Shown: one piece after another, positions 23,743-37,022 of the stretch
Position numbering within the stretch: the first letter of the stretch is position 1
How the letters are laid out: each line of letters starts with the position of its first letter
DNA from: Octopus sinensis
Lineage: Eukaryota
Reading direction: 5' to 3'
Assembly: GCF_006345805.1 (NCBI RefSeq)
Contig: NC_042999.1
Coordinates: 134,354,001 to 134,418,000, forward strand
DNA length: 64,000 bases
Notes under the pieces: model-generated
Seen by the model: the letters and a program-made list of their open reading frames with translations, nothing else
Told to the model about the DNA's origin: nothing
Databases searched by the model: none
Translations under genes and position numbers: made by a program

Positions 23743-25293
23743 TCATGGGACAGCTGCTGCCCCCAAACGATGTCCGTATAAAGTTGAATAAGGAGATAGA
23801 TATGCTCCTCCGATGCTGTTCAGTGGGATTCCACCAGAGACCCCTGATGGGACACTTGTGTATGGAGTTTTATAAGGATGATACCTAGCTGCACTAAGAA
23901 GACTACCTACAGGGCTTATACTCGTGGGATACGTTCTTCTTAGTGAATTCGGGCTGATAGATCCCGTAGTAGTATATTGTCCGTGACAGCTCGGCAAGGA
24001 TACAGAGGGGAAGGAAAGGTTGTAGCTAGCAGCAAGAGCTGCTGTGTCGTTGACTGTTGTATGTGTCCTTAAATGTTGCAGAAGTTCTTCAGATGTCGAG
24101 AATCGCTTGCCGCAGTAATCGTTTCCAGCTACCCATGAGCAAATATAAGGTAATTGCGTGCCAAGCATAGAGTGAGGATAAAAAGACGTGCCAAACCCTA
24201 AGGATGGATTGGCAGTTAAAGCTGCACCCGGAGTGCCCAAGGTTGATACAGAAGAAAGCATAGGTAAACCGGCAGCAGAAGTAAGACCCAGACTGCTTGT
24301 TTGTAAAAGAGACTTTTCATGTGCACATTGTGTACATCCAGGGGAAGTGCATGTTGAGGATAAGTGTGCATTCTGAAGAGTCATTTGGCAATTGGTGCAA
24401 TAAGGATCACGACAAACCGGTACCAATGTTGTAGCCCCAGTTGGGGTTCGTACCCGAGCATATGCAAAATATGGAGAAACAGCTGATGGTTGAGCACCAA
24501 GTTTCAAAGGAGAGGAATTAGCTGCAACTGCCGCTGCAGCCGAAGCTAGGCTGAGCCCAGCATGAGCAGCCAGATGTGAAGGATAAACTGGACTGTTTCC
24601 GGCAGCATCCATTGGTATGCCATGTCCTACGAGTGGCAAACAACCATAACTGGCTAGAGAGGCCGCAGGGAGAGTTGATAAAAGCGAAGGGTGACTGGCA
24701 GACTTGAGACCACCACCGACCAATGAGGAATGCGTTAACAAAGATGGTGTATGTTGTGAAAGTGAGGTTTTTGTAATTCCTGCAGAGTCGGGATGACTCA
24801 AGTCCGACACACTTCCCATACTCATTCGACCAGAACTAGTTAGAGATGCACTCGTACAATTGGCAGACATTGGCCTAGATATGGAAGAACAGTTTACAGA
24901 ACTCTCTGAAGATGACAGTGAGCTCGATGAAGACGATGATTTATGACTACCGCTGTGTACTTCTGTCGTTGGCGAGGAAACGCTGGTTCTCTCACTGGAA
25001 GAACTTGAAATTGGTACCAGAGGTGGAATCTCTTTTGGTGGGATCGTGCGAAACCCGGGCTTTCCTGATTCACGCCCAGATTCTTTTTTCTCGCCATTTT
25101 CTGAATTCCGTTTGATGTCGATCGATTTCTCAGAGTGGTGTAAATCCTTCAAAGATTTCTCTTTTAGGTCTGATGATCCATTTTCTTTCTTTTCAATTGG
25201 TGGGATAATCTGTTTAGAAGATGGACTGGTGTCTTTACCAATGCTGCTGCAGGTTTGTGCCAGAAGAGCTAGGGGACTCTTTTTAGCGTCCAA
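23743..25293 (-). CDS. ZNF503: NET-family (NocA/Elbow/TLP-1; ZNF503/ZNF703-like) zinc-finger transcriptional repressor, terminal coding exon (5'-incomplete)
   Basis: 516-codon open frame with the Sp box LDAKKSPLALLAQTCSSIG, Btd box CRDPYCTNC, single C2H2 finger CSWVAGNDYCGKRFSTSEELLQHLRTH, RYHPY motif and C-terminal SPYSTLYGHRL. The first codon is TTG (Leu), directly after a minus-strand polypyrimidine tract + AG (ttttctttttcttttctag), so this is an exon start and not an initiator. The symbol is the nearest vertebrate name; orthology to ZNF503 versus ZNF703 cannot be resolved here. Confidence 0.95.
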   Translation of the reverse strand: MDAKKSPLALLAQTCSSIGKDTSPSSKQIIPPIEKKENGSSDLKEKSLKDLHHSEKSIDIKRNSENGEKKESGRESGKPGFRTIPPKEIPPLVPISSSSSERTSVSSPTTEVHSGSHKSSSSSSSLSSSESSVNCSSISRPMSANCTSASLTSSGRMSMGSVSDLSHPDSAGITKTSLSQHTPSLLTHSSLVGGGLKSASHPSLLSTLPAASLASYGCLPLVGHGIPMDAAGNSPVYPSHLAAHAGLSLASAAAAVAANSSPLKLGAQPSAVSPYFAYARVRTPTGATTLVPVCRDPYCTNCQMTLQNAHLSSTCTSPGCTQCAHEKSLLQTSSLGLTSAAGLPMLSSVSTLGTPGAALTANPSLGFGTSFYPHSMLGTQLPYICSWVAGNDYCGKRFSTSEELLQHLRTHTTVNDTAALAASYNLSFPSVSLPSCHGQYTTTGSISPNSLRRTYPTSISPVGSLLSAARYHPYKTPYTSVPSGVSGGIPLNSIGGAYLSPYSTLYGHRLGAAAVP

Positions 25294-25320
25294 CTAGAAA
25301 AGAAAAAGAAAATAGCAAAA
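25294..25320 (-). promoter_or_regulatory. 3' splice acceptor of the NET gene intron
   Basis: Minus strand reads ttttgctattttctttttcttttctag|TTGGACGCT; phase 0, just before LDAKK, where NET genes typically have their intron. Confidence 0.9.
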
Positions 25321-26103
25321 ATGAGAAATGGTACAAAATGTAAAAGTAAAAGAAAAAATAATAAATCACGAAATTTTAAGTAAAATTACGATTAAAAAAA
25401 GATAATGATGATGATAATGAAACATATTTCTACAATAGATCTGTAGTTTTGTTGTAAATTTGTTGTAAATTATTTGGGGATTAATTTGGAAAATCCCGGC
25501 TATGAATAAAAACTAATGATCAGAAACTGTGATAGTGTATAAAATGATGCGATGCTTTATATGATAAAATGCATAATTATTGCATGTAATATGTTTGGTG
25601 ATGTTATGATAGAATTCATAATGATAGTATGGAATATTGTATGTAAATAATATATGACAACGCAAATTGGTATGTAATATCTAATAAACATCTGTGTGTG
25701 TGTCTGTATGTGTGTAATGCAATGTTGTGTGGCAGTATGAAACAATAATAACATGTATTATGACGTAACGATGGTATGTGACACAATATAATAATGGTAT
25801 GCTGCTATGTGATATAGTCCAGATATACGATAGATACTTTATAAGCTTTAATTATGATATGCAGTGAAAGCAAAAATTACGACACGGAGATGTCATCTAC
25901 ATATAATATAAACGGTATACGATAATACCGTATCAAATATAACAAAACTATGTGGAAAATCACTTACAACTAAGATTAAATTCTCGGATACAACAACGGC
26001 ATACCTTCTAATTACACACACAGGTGTACACACATACTAACACGTACACACATACACTTACAGTATACGTGTCTTAATGCAATATATATATTATGCATGA
26101 ATA

Positions 26104-26134
<31 letters not shown>

Positions 26135-26279
26135 AATGCATACATAATATACATATACATTATCCACATATATATGCATATAAAATATATATGTATATAT
26201 ATGCATATAGAATATATATGTATATATATGCATATAGAATATATATGTATATATATATATAGAGTCACATATATATACA

Positions 26280-26321
<42 letters not shown>

Positions 26322-27741
26322 CATACATACACATACATACATACATACACATACATATATGTATACATACATTTAAATATACATATATACACCTCCATGC
26401 ATGCATATTTATATACATGTAAACATAGACATGTACATATTTGTGCGCGCGCGTGAGTGTATATTCAAATAGACTATTAACTCATAACAAAGCGCCAATG
26501 CTAAAATGAACTCATAACATCCATAATTTGCATCACAAAACCAATCAATCAAAGCACCCAACACCAAAATTAAACACCCGATTGATGACAATGAAATGAA
26601 AGATTCAACAGCTTTTTCAAAGTTTAATTACATAGAAATCAGATGAGCGCACATATTGCACTTAATCGGGAAAATGAAACGTGTGCTGGTATGATGCATT
26701 AGAAGCGTTGACTCAAAACGTGCGGCACTATACGCAGTGCACAGGTTCCAGTTGTAAGTATTGTCTGGTAACGATTTTTTGTGAACTTTGTACGTGTAGT
26801 ATGGCGGACAAAAGTAATCAAACTCCACCGACAGAAAGCGATTGGGAAAGGCTAATTGTCATTGTTTTTATGTATACCTAACAGCAGTATGCAAAGCTGT
26901 GCCTGCATACGTGGGTTTGAGTGTGTAGGGGAGAGAAAGAGAGAGGGAAGGAAAGAATCACAGAAAGAGAGGAAGGAAGAAAGAAAAAGAAAGAATACAC
27001 GGGTAATAGACTGAAACCAATTTCGTTATTTTTCCTTTCCTATGTTCTGCTGTGAAAACATTCAGTTTGTTTATTTGAAGAAGAAACAAATAGAAAGAAA
27101 AAAAAAACAATTAAACAAAATTTATCGTATTTTGCTGTTAGTAGCATAATAATCGATGCTGAGGATTTTTGCTGATTTCAGCGGTGCAATTTGGTTCACT
27201 ATTTATGCCATATTATGTTCAACATCCGAAAGATCGCCTTAACTTCTTTTCATCTGACGAATTTCAAAAAAAAAAAAAACCCCGCAAGGGAAAATTATGA
27301 CACAAGCGACTACACACACACACACACATTCTGATGACGGCCAGCAGACTGAAACTTCGAAGCCGCAGTCACCCCTCTTCTTGTAAAAGTTTGATAAACC
27401 TGTACTCTACTAAAAAGTACTTGAGTAATTCTTCTGCTTAATATTAACGCTTTTTATATATAACTTGGACCTAAAGCAGAAGGGCAGATAAACACAAGTC
27501 GAGTTAATGCGTGTTTTATTTATCTATTTCCACAAAAGCTAGACGAACATCCTTCTTAAGCCTAACTTTAAGCGCCGACGGTACGCTTCCCGGATGAAGG
27601 TATTAAATTTTAAATTTTCATCCATTTGAGCTCTACTCAATCTATATTTATACCACGCTTGCTTCGTATTCCCCAATATCCTGTTCCTATATATATATTT
27701 ATATATATGACTTCATAATTTGAAACTGACTTATTGGAAGT

Positions 27742-27784
27742 CCACCTGAAGATTGTCGATCAAGACAAGAAACGATTGTAGTGG
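27742..27784 (+). ncRNA. Minimal type I hammerhead ribozyme motif
   Basis: ccac-CTGAAGA-TTGTC(gatcaa)GACAA-GAAAC-gatt-GTA-gtgg: all core residues, three helices, GUA triplet. Confidence 0.75.
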
Positions 27785-27970
27785 CGGTTTTTTTGACTAT
27801 TTATTAAAATTTTATGTATTGATTAAGTCTTTCCTTGTTTGTTTTGCAAAATAGTGGTTTTGTCTCTAATAATATTTTATAATATTTTACTATAAAATTG
27901 GATTTAATCCTAAATCTGATTTTTTTCCCTGTAAATTTGGATTTATTCCCTAATATTTATTATTATATAT
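27742..27970 (+). mobile_element. Hammerhead-bearing repeat ending in (TA)n; second, partly inverted copy at 58063-58345
   Basis: Shares near-identical taatattttactataaaattggatt.aatcctaaatctgattttttccctgtaaatttggatttattccctaatatttattatt with 58255-58345. Confidence 0.75.
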
Positions 27971-28340
27971 ATATATATATATATATAACAGAAAACCTGG
28001 TCTTCAGGGACACTTTCACAGCGACTCAATACTAGCTACACGTCCGTGCTAGACAGAACAATATTAACGGTGTTGTATAACAAAAACTACCTATGTTCAC
28101 AGACACCATTTTCTGCTAAAAGCTGTAGCACCCATCTCAATTACAAACGGTTATATTTATATTTTCTTGCTGCGTTGTTATGGATTTATTACGTCATATC
28201 TTCATATTTACAGTTCCTCTCCTTCCTTTTCTTCTGATTTATGTCCTGTTTTAACTCGTACACTCACATAAGTTGTCCAGGACTATAGCAAAGACATTCA
28301 TGCATGTGTATGTAAGTACAGAGAGGAGAGAGAGAAAGTG

Positions 28341-28388
<48 letters not shown>

Positions 28389-28424
28389 TGTATGTATGTA
28401 TGTATGTATGTATGTATGTATGTA

Positions 28425-28475
<51 letters not shown>

Positions 28476-28964
28476 AAAGAGAGAAAAGGAGAGAGAGAGT
28501 GTGCGAGTGTGTATAATTTTATTGAAGCCAGAAAAACTTCACAAGCCTGTTACTCAGAATTTCATGTAACCGTTCATGAGGTAGTTGTGATCATGGCGTT
28601 GTAATCATGATTGTAAGGTTGTGGTTTTGATCCATCGACCGAGCGATGCGTTGTGTTCTTGACCAAATCACTTCATTTCACGGTGCTCCACTCCACTCAG
28701 CTGGCAAAAATGAGTAATCCTGCGACAGACCGGTGTTCTGTCCAGCGGGCAATGTAGTGGTGGTGGTGGTGGGGATATATACGCTACAGAATTCGAGAAA
28801 ACGTCCTTATGAGCCTATGGTTCAGGAAAGACCTTTGATCCTCCTCTGATACATATTTTATATTCCGTTTATTACACTTAACCCAGATAACCTGCAGGAA
28901 GGCTGGAAACGGCGACATGTGTTTCGAGAAAGCATCTCTCTAGCTAGCTGGCTAGCTAGAGACA

Positions 28965-28978
28965 GAGAGACAGATAGG

Positions 28979-29050
<72 letters not shown>

Positions 29051-29084
29051 GATAGATAAATAGATAGATAGATAGAGATAGATA

Positions 29085-29141
<57 letters not shown>

Positions 29142-29150
29142 GATAGATAA

Positions 29151-29195
<45 letters not shown>

Positions 29196-29496
29196 CAGAC
29201 AAACAGACAGGTAGACAGACAGACACATAAATAGATAGAAAGATAGACAAACAAAGACAGACAGGTAGATAAATAGGTAGACAGACAGACAAATAGATAA
29301 ATAGATAGACAGACAGACAAATAAATAGGCAGACAGACAGACAGACAGATAGATAGATGGACAAACAGACAAGTAGACAGACAGACACATAGATAGAAAG
29401 ATAGACAAATAGACAGACAGGTAGATAAATAGAAAGATAGACTGATAGATAAGTAGATAGACAAGTTGAGAGATAGATAGATAACTCAATAGATAA

Positions 29497-29529
<33 letters not shown>

Positions 29530-29552
29530 TAGATAGATAGATAGATAGATAG
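28965..29552. repeat. Compound (GATA)n/(GACA)n microsatellite, ~590 bp
   Basis: Directly visible; source of the SIYL/SVCL ORFs. Many other (TA)n, (CA)n, (CT)n, (ATT)n and (TATG)n tracts occur throughout. Confidence 0.98.
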
Positions 29553-30015
29553 GTTTGTAAATCTTTATATTTTATTTTTTTTTTACTTTTGTACAAGCAA
29601 CAGACAAATGGAAGACATTAGTAGCAGTCATATTTAAATTGTTATAATAGTAAGTACATAATATCAACAAAAGAAAAAATATGTTAAATAAGATTATGCA
29701 AAATTCCTTATCATAGAAGAGATACTTGTATATTAGTGAAGCTATCGATGTAACTCAATCTGAAGACATCTCTCTGACGCCAAAGTCAAGTGTGGCTATT
29801 ATTGATAGCTTTGAGTTTACTGAAATCCGAAACTTCTACAGAAACTAAAGAAATTGAGTAATAGTCGTAAGAAAGCTAGAATATGTTGAGATAATGTTAA
29901 TTTGGTATTGTTTAATATACAAACAGTGTTGTCTGCGGGTTGTATTAAATTTACATTGATTTACTCGTCAAATTTAACGATGGCCGATCAGCCGTTAACA
30001 AAGCTAAATAAATGA

Positions 30016-30360
30016 ATAGGCGCAGGCGTAGCTATGTGGTAAGAAGCTAGCTTTCCAGTCACATGGTTCTGGGTTCAAATACACAGCGTGACACCTTGGA
30101 CAAGTGTCTTCTACTTATAGCCTCAGGCCGACCAATGCTTTGTGTGTGTCTTTGTATTTGTCCCCCTCCCCCACGATCGCTTGACAACTAATGTTGTTTT
30201 ACTTACGTCCCCGTAACTTAGCGGTTCGGTAAAACGGGCCGATAGAATAAGTACCACGCTTTAAAAAAGTACCGGGGTTAATTCATTCGGCTAAAATTCT
30301 TCAAGGTGTTGCCCCAGCATTGCCGCAATCTATTGACTGGAACAAGTCAAAGATAAAAAT
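30016..30360 (+). mobile_element. SINE family A, diverged
   Basis: Head ataggcgcaggcgtagctatgtggtaag and family A body/tail. Further partial copies near 31765-31925(-), 41190-41290(-), 43025-43165(-), 43600-43800(-), 44050-44195(-), 52460-52770(+), 53120-53260(+), 60960-61350(-). Confidence 0.85.
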
Positions 30361-30801
30361 AAGAGAAAGAAAGAAAGAAAGAAAGAAGATGAAAAAGCCT
30401 ATAGCAGGTATAAAACAACCAATTTCGAGAAGCGGCCCACATGAGACATGCTTCATCATCAGACGGGTGACACCATCAAAATATTCAAGATCATGTTTTG
30501 TTAGGTGTGCCATTCAGCAAGTTCCACAAGCCGCAGTCTGTCCATAACTGGCCTAAAGTTATGCGCATGTATTTACTGCGTGTATTAGCATTTAGCATGT
30601 GTTATTCTTCAGGCTGGTGCAAGGATGCGAATCTATTTTAAGCGCCGCATGGTCGAAGTCATTGTCTTCGTTGATCTCCGATGGAGGAAGCATAACTTTA
30701 GGTCAGTTATGGGCTGACTGCATGATACGCAGATTGCTCTTTACTTTCTATAGGTATGTATATATTATATACATACCTATAGAAAGTAAAGAGCAATCTG
30801 C

Positions 30802-30858
<57 letters not shown>

Positions 30859-31599
30859 TATATATATAGGTGTGTGTATGTATGTATGTATTTGTGCGCG
30901 CGCGCATGTGTGTAAGGATCAATGATCTATAGGTCAGGTGGAATTTGATGATCTGATAATGCAATATTCAAATGTCTATAGATTTAAATGTATTTAAGCA
31001 ATAAATGGAGCAGAGGCAGGGCATTTGTCAAGGTTAAACAGCAGCTTAACAGCAAAGCTACAGCATTTACAAAGTGTTGAGAGCAACAACAGGTGCTGTA
31101 TCCAGATGCTGTACAATAAACATGTTACGGGGTCGATCTCTGTTGCTGAGGATCATTACGCAGCTTGGTGTGATGATAGAAGGTTGTATAGGATGAGCAT
31201 ACTCGCACAGGGGTGTGAGTGCATGTCTAACTATATATATTGTGTGTGTGTGTGTATAAATGTGTATGTATCCATACATACACACACTGTTTTAAATTCT
31301 GCTGACTTTCCTCTATTTTCTCCTCTAACTATTGCTGTCTTCCACAAACCCTTATTTTCTTTGCTTTCTCTCTTATATTCCTTTCTCTTACTTTCTTGCC
31401 TTAATGCATATATATTAGATAAAACGAATATTTTGTAACTAGTAGCTTACTGGTAAAGCACGACCGCTTTCACAGTGTTCGTTATGTATATGGTAAATGA
31501 AAGACTAAAGAGGGAAGATACGATGCTAGATATGTCGAAACAATTGTCACGATTAATAAAAATTATCGTATCTTCCATCCTCTGTCTTTCATTCAGCAC

Positions 31600-31720
31600 G
31601 AGTTAATATGATTTTTCTCTCTGACGAAGGATTACAACTCGAAACGTCGGATTTCTGTTTATCCTCCACGACATAAAAGTTACACCACTGTGCTGCAGAC
31701 AAGATACTATTCACTGTTAG
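31600..31720 (+). mobile_element. PLE-terminus-like relic with degenerate hammerhead (31621-31648)
   Basis: tct-CTGACGA-aggattacaactc-GAAAC-GTC-gga; stem II decayed. Confidence 0.4.
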
Positions 31721-31970
31721 ACATTCACACATCTGAGTATGACTGTACACTATTATATATTATTATACACACGACGGGATTCTTTCCGTTACCATCTACC
31801 AAATCCACTCACAAGTCTTTCGTCGGTCTAGGGCTATAGTAGAAGATCCTTGCCGAAGTTGCCAAGTAGTTGTCCTGAACACGGAACCATGTGGCTGAAC
31901 AAGCAAATATTTTACCACACAGTCATATCAGCACTTATATTTATACGCACACTGACATAGATATAGATGT

Positions 31971-32004
<34 letters not shown>

Positions 32005-32599
32005 TGTGTATGTGTGTGTGTGTGTATATGTTTCATTTACACACGCACAGCAAACATTTTATACCCGCACTTCTCAATTATAGTAGCCAGTAGTTATAAA
32101 CAGAGAGGTTCAAAAACTTTTTTGGCTTTGAAACGATAATTAAAATCTTTATAGCTCATTTCATTATAATTTTATATCTAGATATTTTTAGTCATTTTGT
32201 TGTATATATTTTTTGATAACGTATCGTTTTATAGATTATAGAAAAATGTCCTCATCAAAACTGAAGTTGTAACACTTATAAAGGTAACCCTGTTTCATTT
32301 TCCTGGTATACTTATTTCAAGTGCTTTTCTGACACGGATAACAGGCAGGATGAACAACAGGGTGGTAAACCAGCTATTTCGGAATCTCCGAGCTCCAGTA
32401 AAGAGGTGGGCGAAGACGGTGATGATGCTATGAGAGCGTAAGGGGAGGAGCTGAAAAGGGGCCGGAGTAAACGAGACGTACATAAAGAATTTCAATTGAC
32501 CTCAACGGACCTCAGTAATTATCCTGTTTATATTAATGGTAAGGGGATTTTTTAAACCACCCTGTGTGCAGCCGATAACACGTGATGCAATGGCCAGAT

Positions 32600-33130
32600 A
32601 CCAATATTCAAACAGGAGTACAGTCACACGGTACGTAGAGTGAGAGACAGTTATTATGCAGTGCAGACAGCAAAATATACAAACACACTGCTGTGCAAGT
32701 CACACACTTTAAGTTATGTGATAGCACACGGTGGTGCGGTCAGCTGATATCTGCAGACACGTTGATGCGCAATCACACACTGAGATACATCTATACTGTG
32801 CAGAGAACAAAAATTTGTAAACACCGTGGTGTGCAATCACATACTGAGATACAGATGTTGACGTGCAGTGAGCAGACATTTATAAACACACTGGTGTAGA
32901 GTCACATATAGAGATGCAGTTACAGAGTGCAGTGAACAGATATCTATAAACTCACTGTTGTACAATGACACACAGATAACCACACGGTGCAGTGAGCAGA
33001 CATTTATAAACACACTGGTGTAGAGTCACATATAGAGATGCAGTTACAGAGTGCAGTGAACAGATATCTATAAACTCACTGTTGTACAATGACACACAGA
33101 TAACCACACGGTGCAGTTAGCAGATATTTT
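32600..33130. repeat. ~62-bp minisatellite with a 124-bp higher-order duplication
   Basis: gtgcagtga.caga motif recurs; 32863-32986 is duplicated at 32987-33110. Confidence 0.9.
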
Positions 33131-33729
33131 TAGATTTATTGGTTTGTGTAGTAACACACAGAATAATGTTATTATACAGTGTAGCGAGTAAATGTCTGTG
33201 AATACGTTGTTATAAATAAACACACGAGGGTAAGTTATACAACTCGAAGTACGGCTCATATACAGATAGTGATAAGAGAAAAAGAAAGTGATAAATGCAG
33301 GAGATAGAAGAGGAAAGATATATAAATAAAGGAATAGGCTGAAAGTGAGAGAGGGGGAAGGGGAGAGAGAAAGGAAGAAAAAAAAGAAATGAGTCATAGG
33401 GTTAATTTGTGAGGCTACAAACGAAATGGTTACAAGGTGGAACTATAAGACAGGGTAAGAAAAAAATGTGTGTGAGATGGAGATAAAGAGTGAAGAGAGG
33501 GAAAGAGAGTGAAGAGAAAAAAGGGAAATAGAGTGAAGAGAGAGAGAGAGAGAGAGAAAGTTAAGTAGAGAGAGTATACGAAAGAGAAAATGTTTATGCA
33601 AAAGAGAGATGAGTGAAAAGGGAACGGGTAACTTTGGGAAAGAGAGATATAAAGTGAGAGAGAAAGAGGTGAGTGCACGACAGAGAGAAAGATAGGGGGA
33701 ATGCGTGGGAGAGAGAGAGGGAGAGAGAG

Positions 33730-33789
<60 letters not shown>

Positions 33790-33946
33790 CGTACGTGCGT
33801 GAGTGTGTGTAAGCGTGCGATTGAAAGATACAGAAAATTATGAGAAGACAAGGAAAGATATTAGAAGCAAAAGAAAAGAAAGAGAGAAACTACATAAGAT
33901 AGCAAGAGATGTAGAGAAAGAGACAGAAAGAGATGAAATAAATAAA

Positions 33947-33995
<49 letters not shown>

Positions 33996-34383
33996 AGAAA
34001 TTAAAATTGTCTTTCTGTAGACTATAATAGAAAAAGAACAGTTTTGTTAAGAGTCAGGAAATTTAAGTCAATTAACTATCATCTTATCACTCTATAGAAC
34101 ACTTTATTGACATGTCAAACTTTGATTTAACAATTATGTCAATGGTAGGAGGTGTGTTCTGTGTGAATGTCTGTGTGTGTTTTACAAATGAATACATACG
34201 TACATACATACGCACACACACACAGGTATGTTATACACTCGTACATATTTGCACAATATTCACATTAAATATCAAACGATCATAGAAGAATCTACCTGGT
34301 CATACGACTGACGAGAAAAGAAATAACAGCTTGAATCGCTCTCAAAATCGCATCGCTCAATCATCATTAAAATAAAGGAGCTT

Positions 34384-34456
<73 letters not shown>

Positions 34457-34575
34457 ATGTATATATATAAAGCAGAACGTGCTTTAGCTTAATATATAAA
34501 ACAATTCCTCACCCAAGGCCAGATTAAATCCCATACCGGCCCTAAGCACTTAAAAGATTTTGGTGCCTCGCTCCC

Positions 34576-34612
<37 letters not shown>

Positions 34613-35116
34613 CACGCGTGTAATTCAAATTCTAAAAAGTAATAAACCAAATAATAAACAATTTTTTTTCTCAAAACGAAACTAATAGTAAGATGGAAAA
34701 TGTTTATCTTTGTATACTTCCACTTAATTTACATTTGAAAAGTTTTTCCAAAGTTTTTTTTTTTTTTAATTGCGAAGTCTTTAATCAGATCCTCACTGTG
34801 GTACCATGAAAACTTCGAAATTATATTTCCGATAACATAAATCACTTCGAATATTATACTAGCAAAAAGTGATTTCCTTTTGTGCCGTAAACCATTTACT
34901 ACTTTTGTGGTTTCCCCTTCAGTTGATGCCCTAAGCACGTGGTTATTTTGATTAATGGTTAATCAAGCGCTGTTCTCATCACATATTTTGACAACGACAA
35001 TGTTTTTTTTATATTTTTGTAAGTGTATAAAATATAAGTATTGTACCAGGTTTAAATAATTATTTGTAAGACAAATCAAGACCCAGCGCCCCAAACACTT
35101 TATATATATATATATG

Positions 35117-35183
<67 letters not shown>

Positions 35184-35186
35184 TAT

Positions 35187-35224
<38 letters not shown>

Positions 35225-35262
35225 ATATATATAATATATATATATATATATTATATATATAT

Positions 35263-35314
<52 letters not shown>

Positions 35315-36213
35315 TATCTATATGTACATAAATATGCATACACACACATTTGTACGCGTATGTGTACATACATATAATACATACATACAGACATACATAC
35401 ACACGAATACACAGATATTGACGACCAATGTTGCATTGCAACATAAATGATCCAATGTTTAGAGTCTTTGAATAAACCTGTCCAGGATCTATTGAAACCA
35501 CATATTTGATATTCAACTCTAAATCCTCCACGTAATCGCTCGTTCTGTTAAATGTAGCAACCAAATCCCTCCTTCTATAACACCATAGTGGCTTACAGAA
35601 GAAAAAATCACAAGGGATTATGCAGTTCTATGTAGTGTTTGTATTAAAAGATAACGGAATGGTCGCTTCTAGAACACCTTTGAGCATACGTCTGCTTTGA
35701 CTTGAGCTGACCTGTTTATAAATATCGACCAAAAAAAAAAACCCAACAAAAACAGCATAACTCATATATGTAGACCATCTATTGATTAGAGATGATAATC
35801 GATTGTCTAGACACTTTTTTTATTTTATTCACGTTTGAATTTAATATGATATCTATAGGCTGTCTTGGAAAAATAATTAGAATTTTTAGGTAGTGAAACT
35901 TTCAAAACCAAAAGGGAAAAATGGCAGGAAGATTCTGTACATTCTGGCACGGAGTTTCATCTCGAACGAAGTCAGCAGCATAAAAATATGGTAGAAGCAA
36001 TGGACAGAGCAGGCCGTGAGTGATCCAAACAACGCGGTACACACCTATACGCATGTATACTTACAAACATACATATGTTTGTGAATGCTTGTGTGTATGT
36101 GGAAATGTTACTTCGTTGTTTCTACTATATAGGTCTGGATCTATATTTATACGTACATACATATAATCTATGCTTGTGTATCCATATATGTATGTATCCA
36201 TATATGTATGTAT

Positions 36214-36255
<42 letters not shown>

Positions 36256-37022
36256 CAGGGGAAAATACGAGCAAGAGAAATCATATTCTTAAGATTGTAA
36301 ACCTGGAAAATTACAGGGCAAGTTGTTACACTTTGAACAGTTCAGGACAACTTATATCTGGTAAAGTACAGAACAAGAAAAAATTTACTTAATATATTGC
36401 AGCTAAGGATAAAATTTCAAATAAAATATTTAGATTTAGAAAATATTAGTTTTTATTAAAACTAAAAATTTTAATACAAGTTATTACCTCTATTTGTTAT
36501 TACTCGTTACTTCTTATTGAAAATAAAAAATAACTCAATTAAAAAATGTTTGCACTTTTAAAAAAATATATTTTTTGATTATTAATTAAAAATTTGAAAA
36601 TAGGTTATAAAAAAATAATAGTTATATATAATTAGTACAATAAATAGACGAATACAAAAATTAGTTACATATTACAGTAAAATCTACCTATAACAAATTC
36701 AGAGTAAAATTTGCCTACTATCCTACTTTGCATAAAACTTTAGCTATATTGGTACTTTTGGCTCTCTTTTTTAAGTATTCTAGTGTGTCAATATTTTAAC
36801 AAAATGGTGGTACCTTCTTTTTAATTATAATGTTACTTTATAAATTAAAATCAAATAATTTTTAATATTCAGATTTTATCCTTAGCTGCAATATTTTAAG
36901 TAAAAATTTTATTGTTCTGTACTTTACCAGATGTAATAAGTTGTCCTGAACATAGTTTGTCCTATAATTTTCCACGTTTATAATTTTAAGAATATTATTT
37001 CTCTTGCTCGTATTTTTCCATG
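36256..37022. mobile_element. MITE / non-autonomous DNA transposon with ~170-bp TIRs and TA flanks
   Basis: Left caggggaaaatacgagcaagagaaat...ttgcagctaaggataaaat matches the reverse complement of the right end; TA on both sides; very AT-rich non-coding interior. Confidence 0.8.

Noticed and set aside
25291-25293. TTG as the start codon of the NET protein
   Set aside because: It follows a canonical splice acceptor and corresponds to the Leu of LDAKK.
26730-26770. RQYLQ peptide on the minus strand as NET exon 1
   Set aside because: Continues LEPVHCV then stops; no PLPTT-like end and no donor.
32358-32564. Short MITE with cagggtggt/accaccctg ends
   Set aside because: Only a 9-bp inverted repeat, no TA duplication and no second copy in the window.
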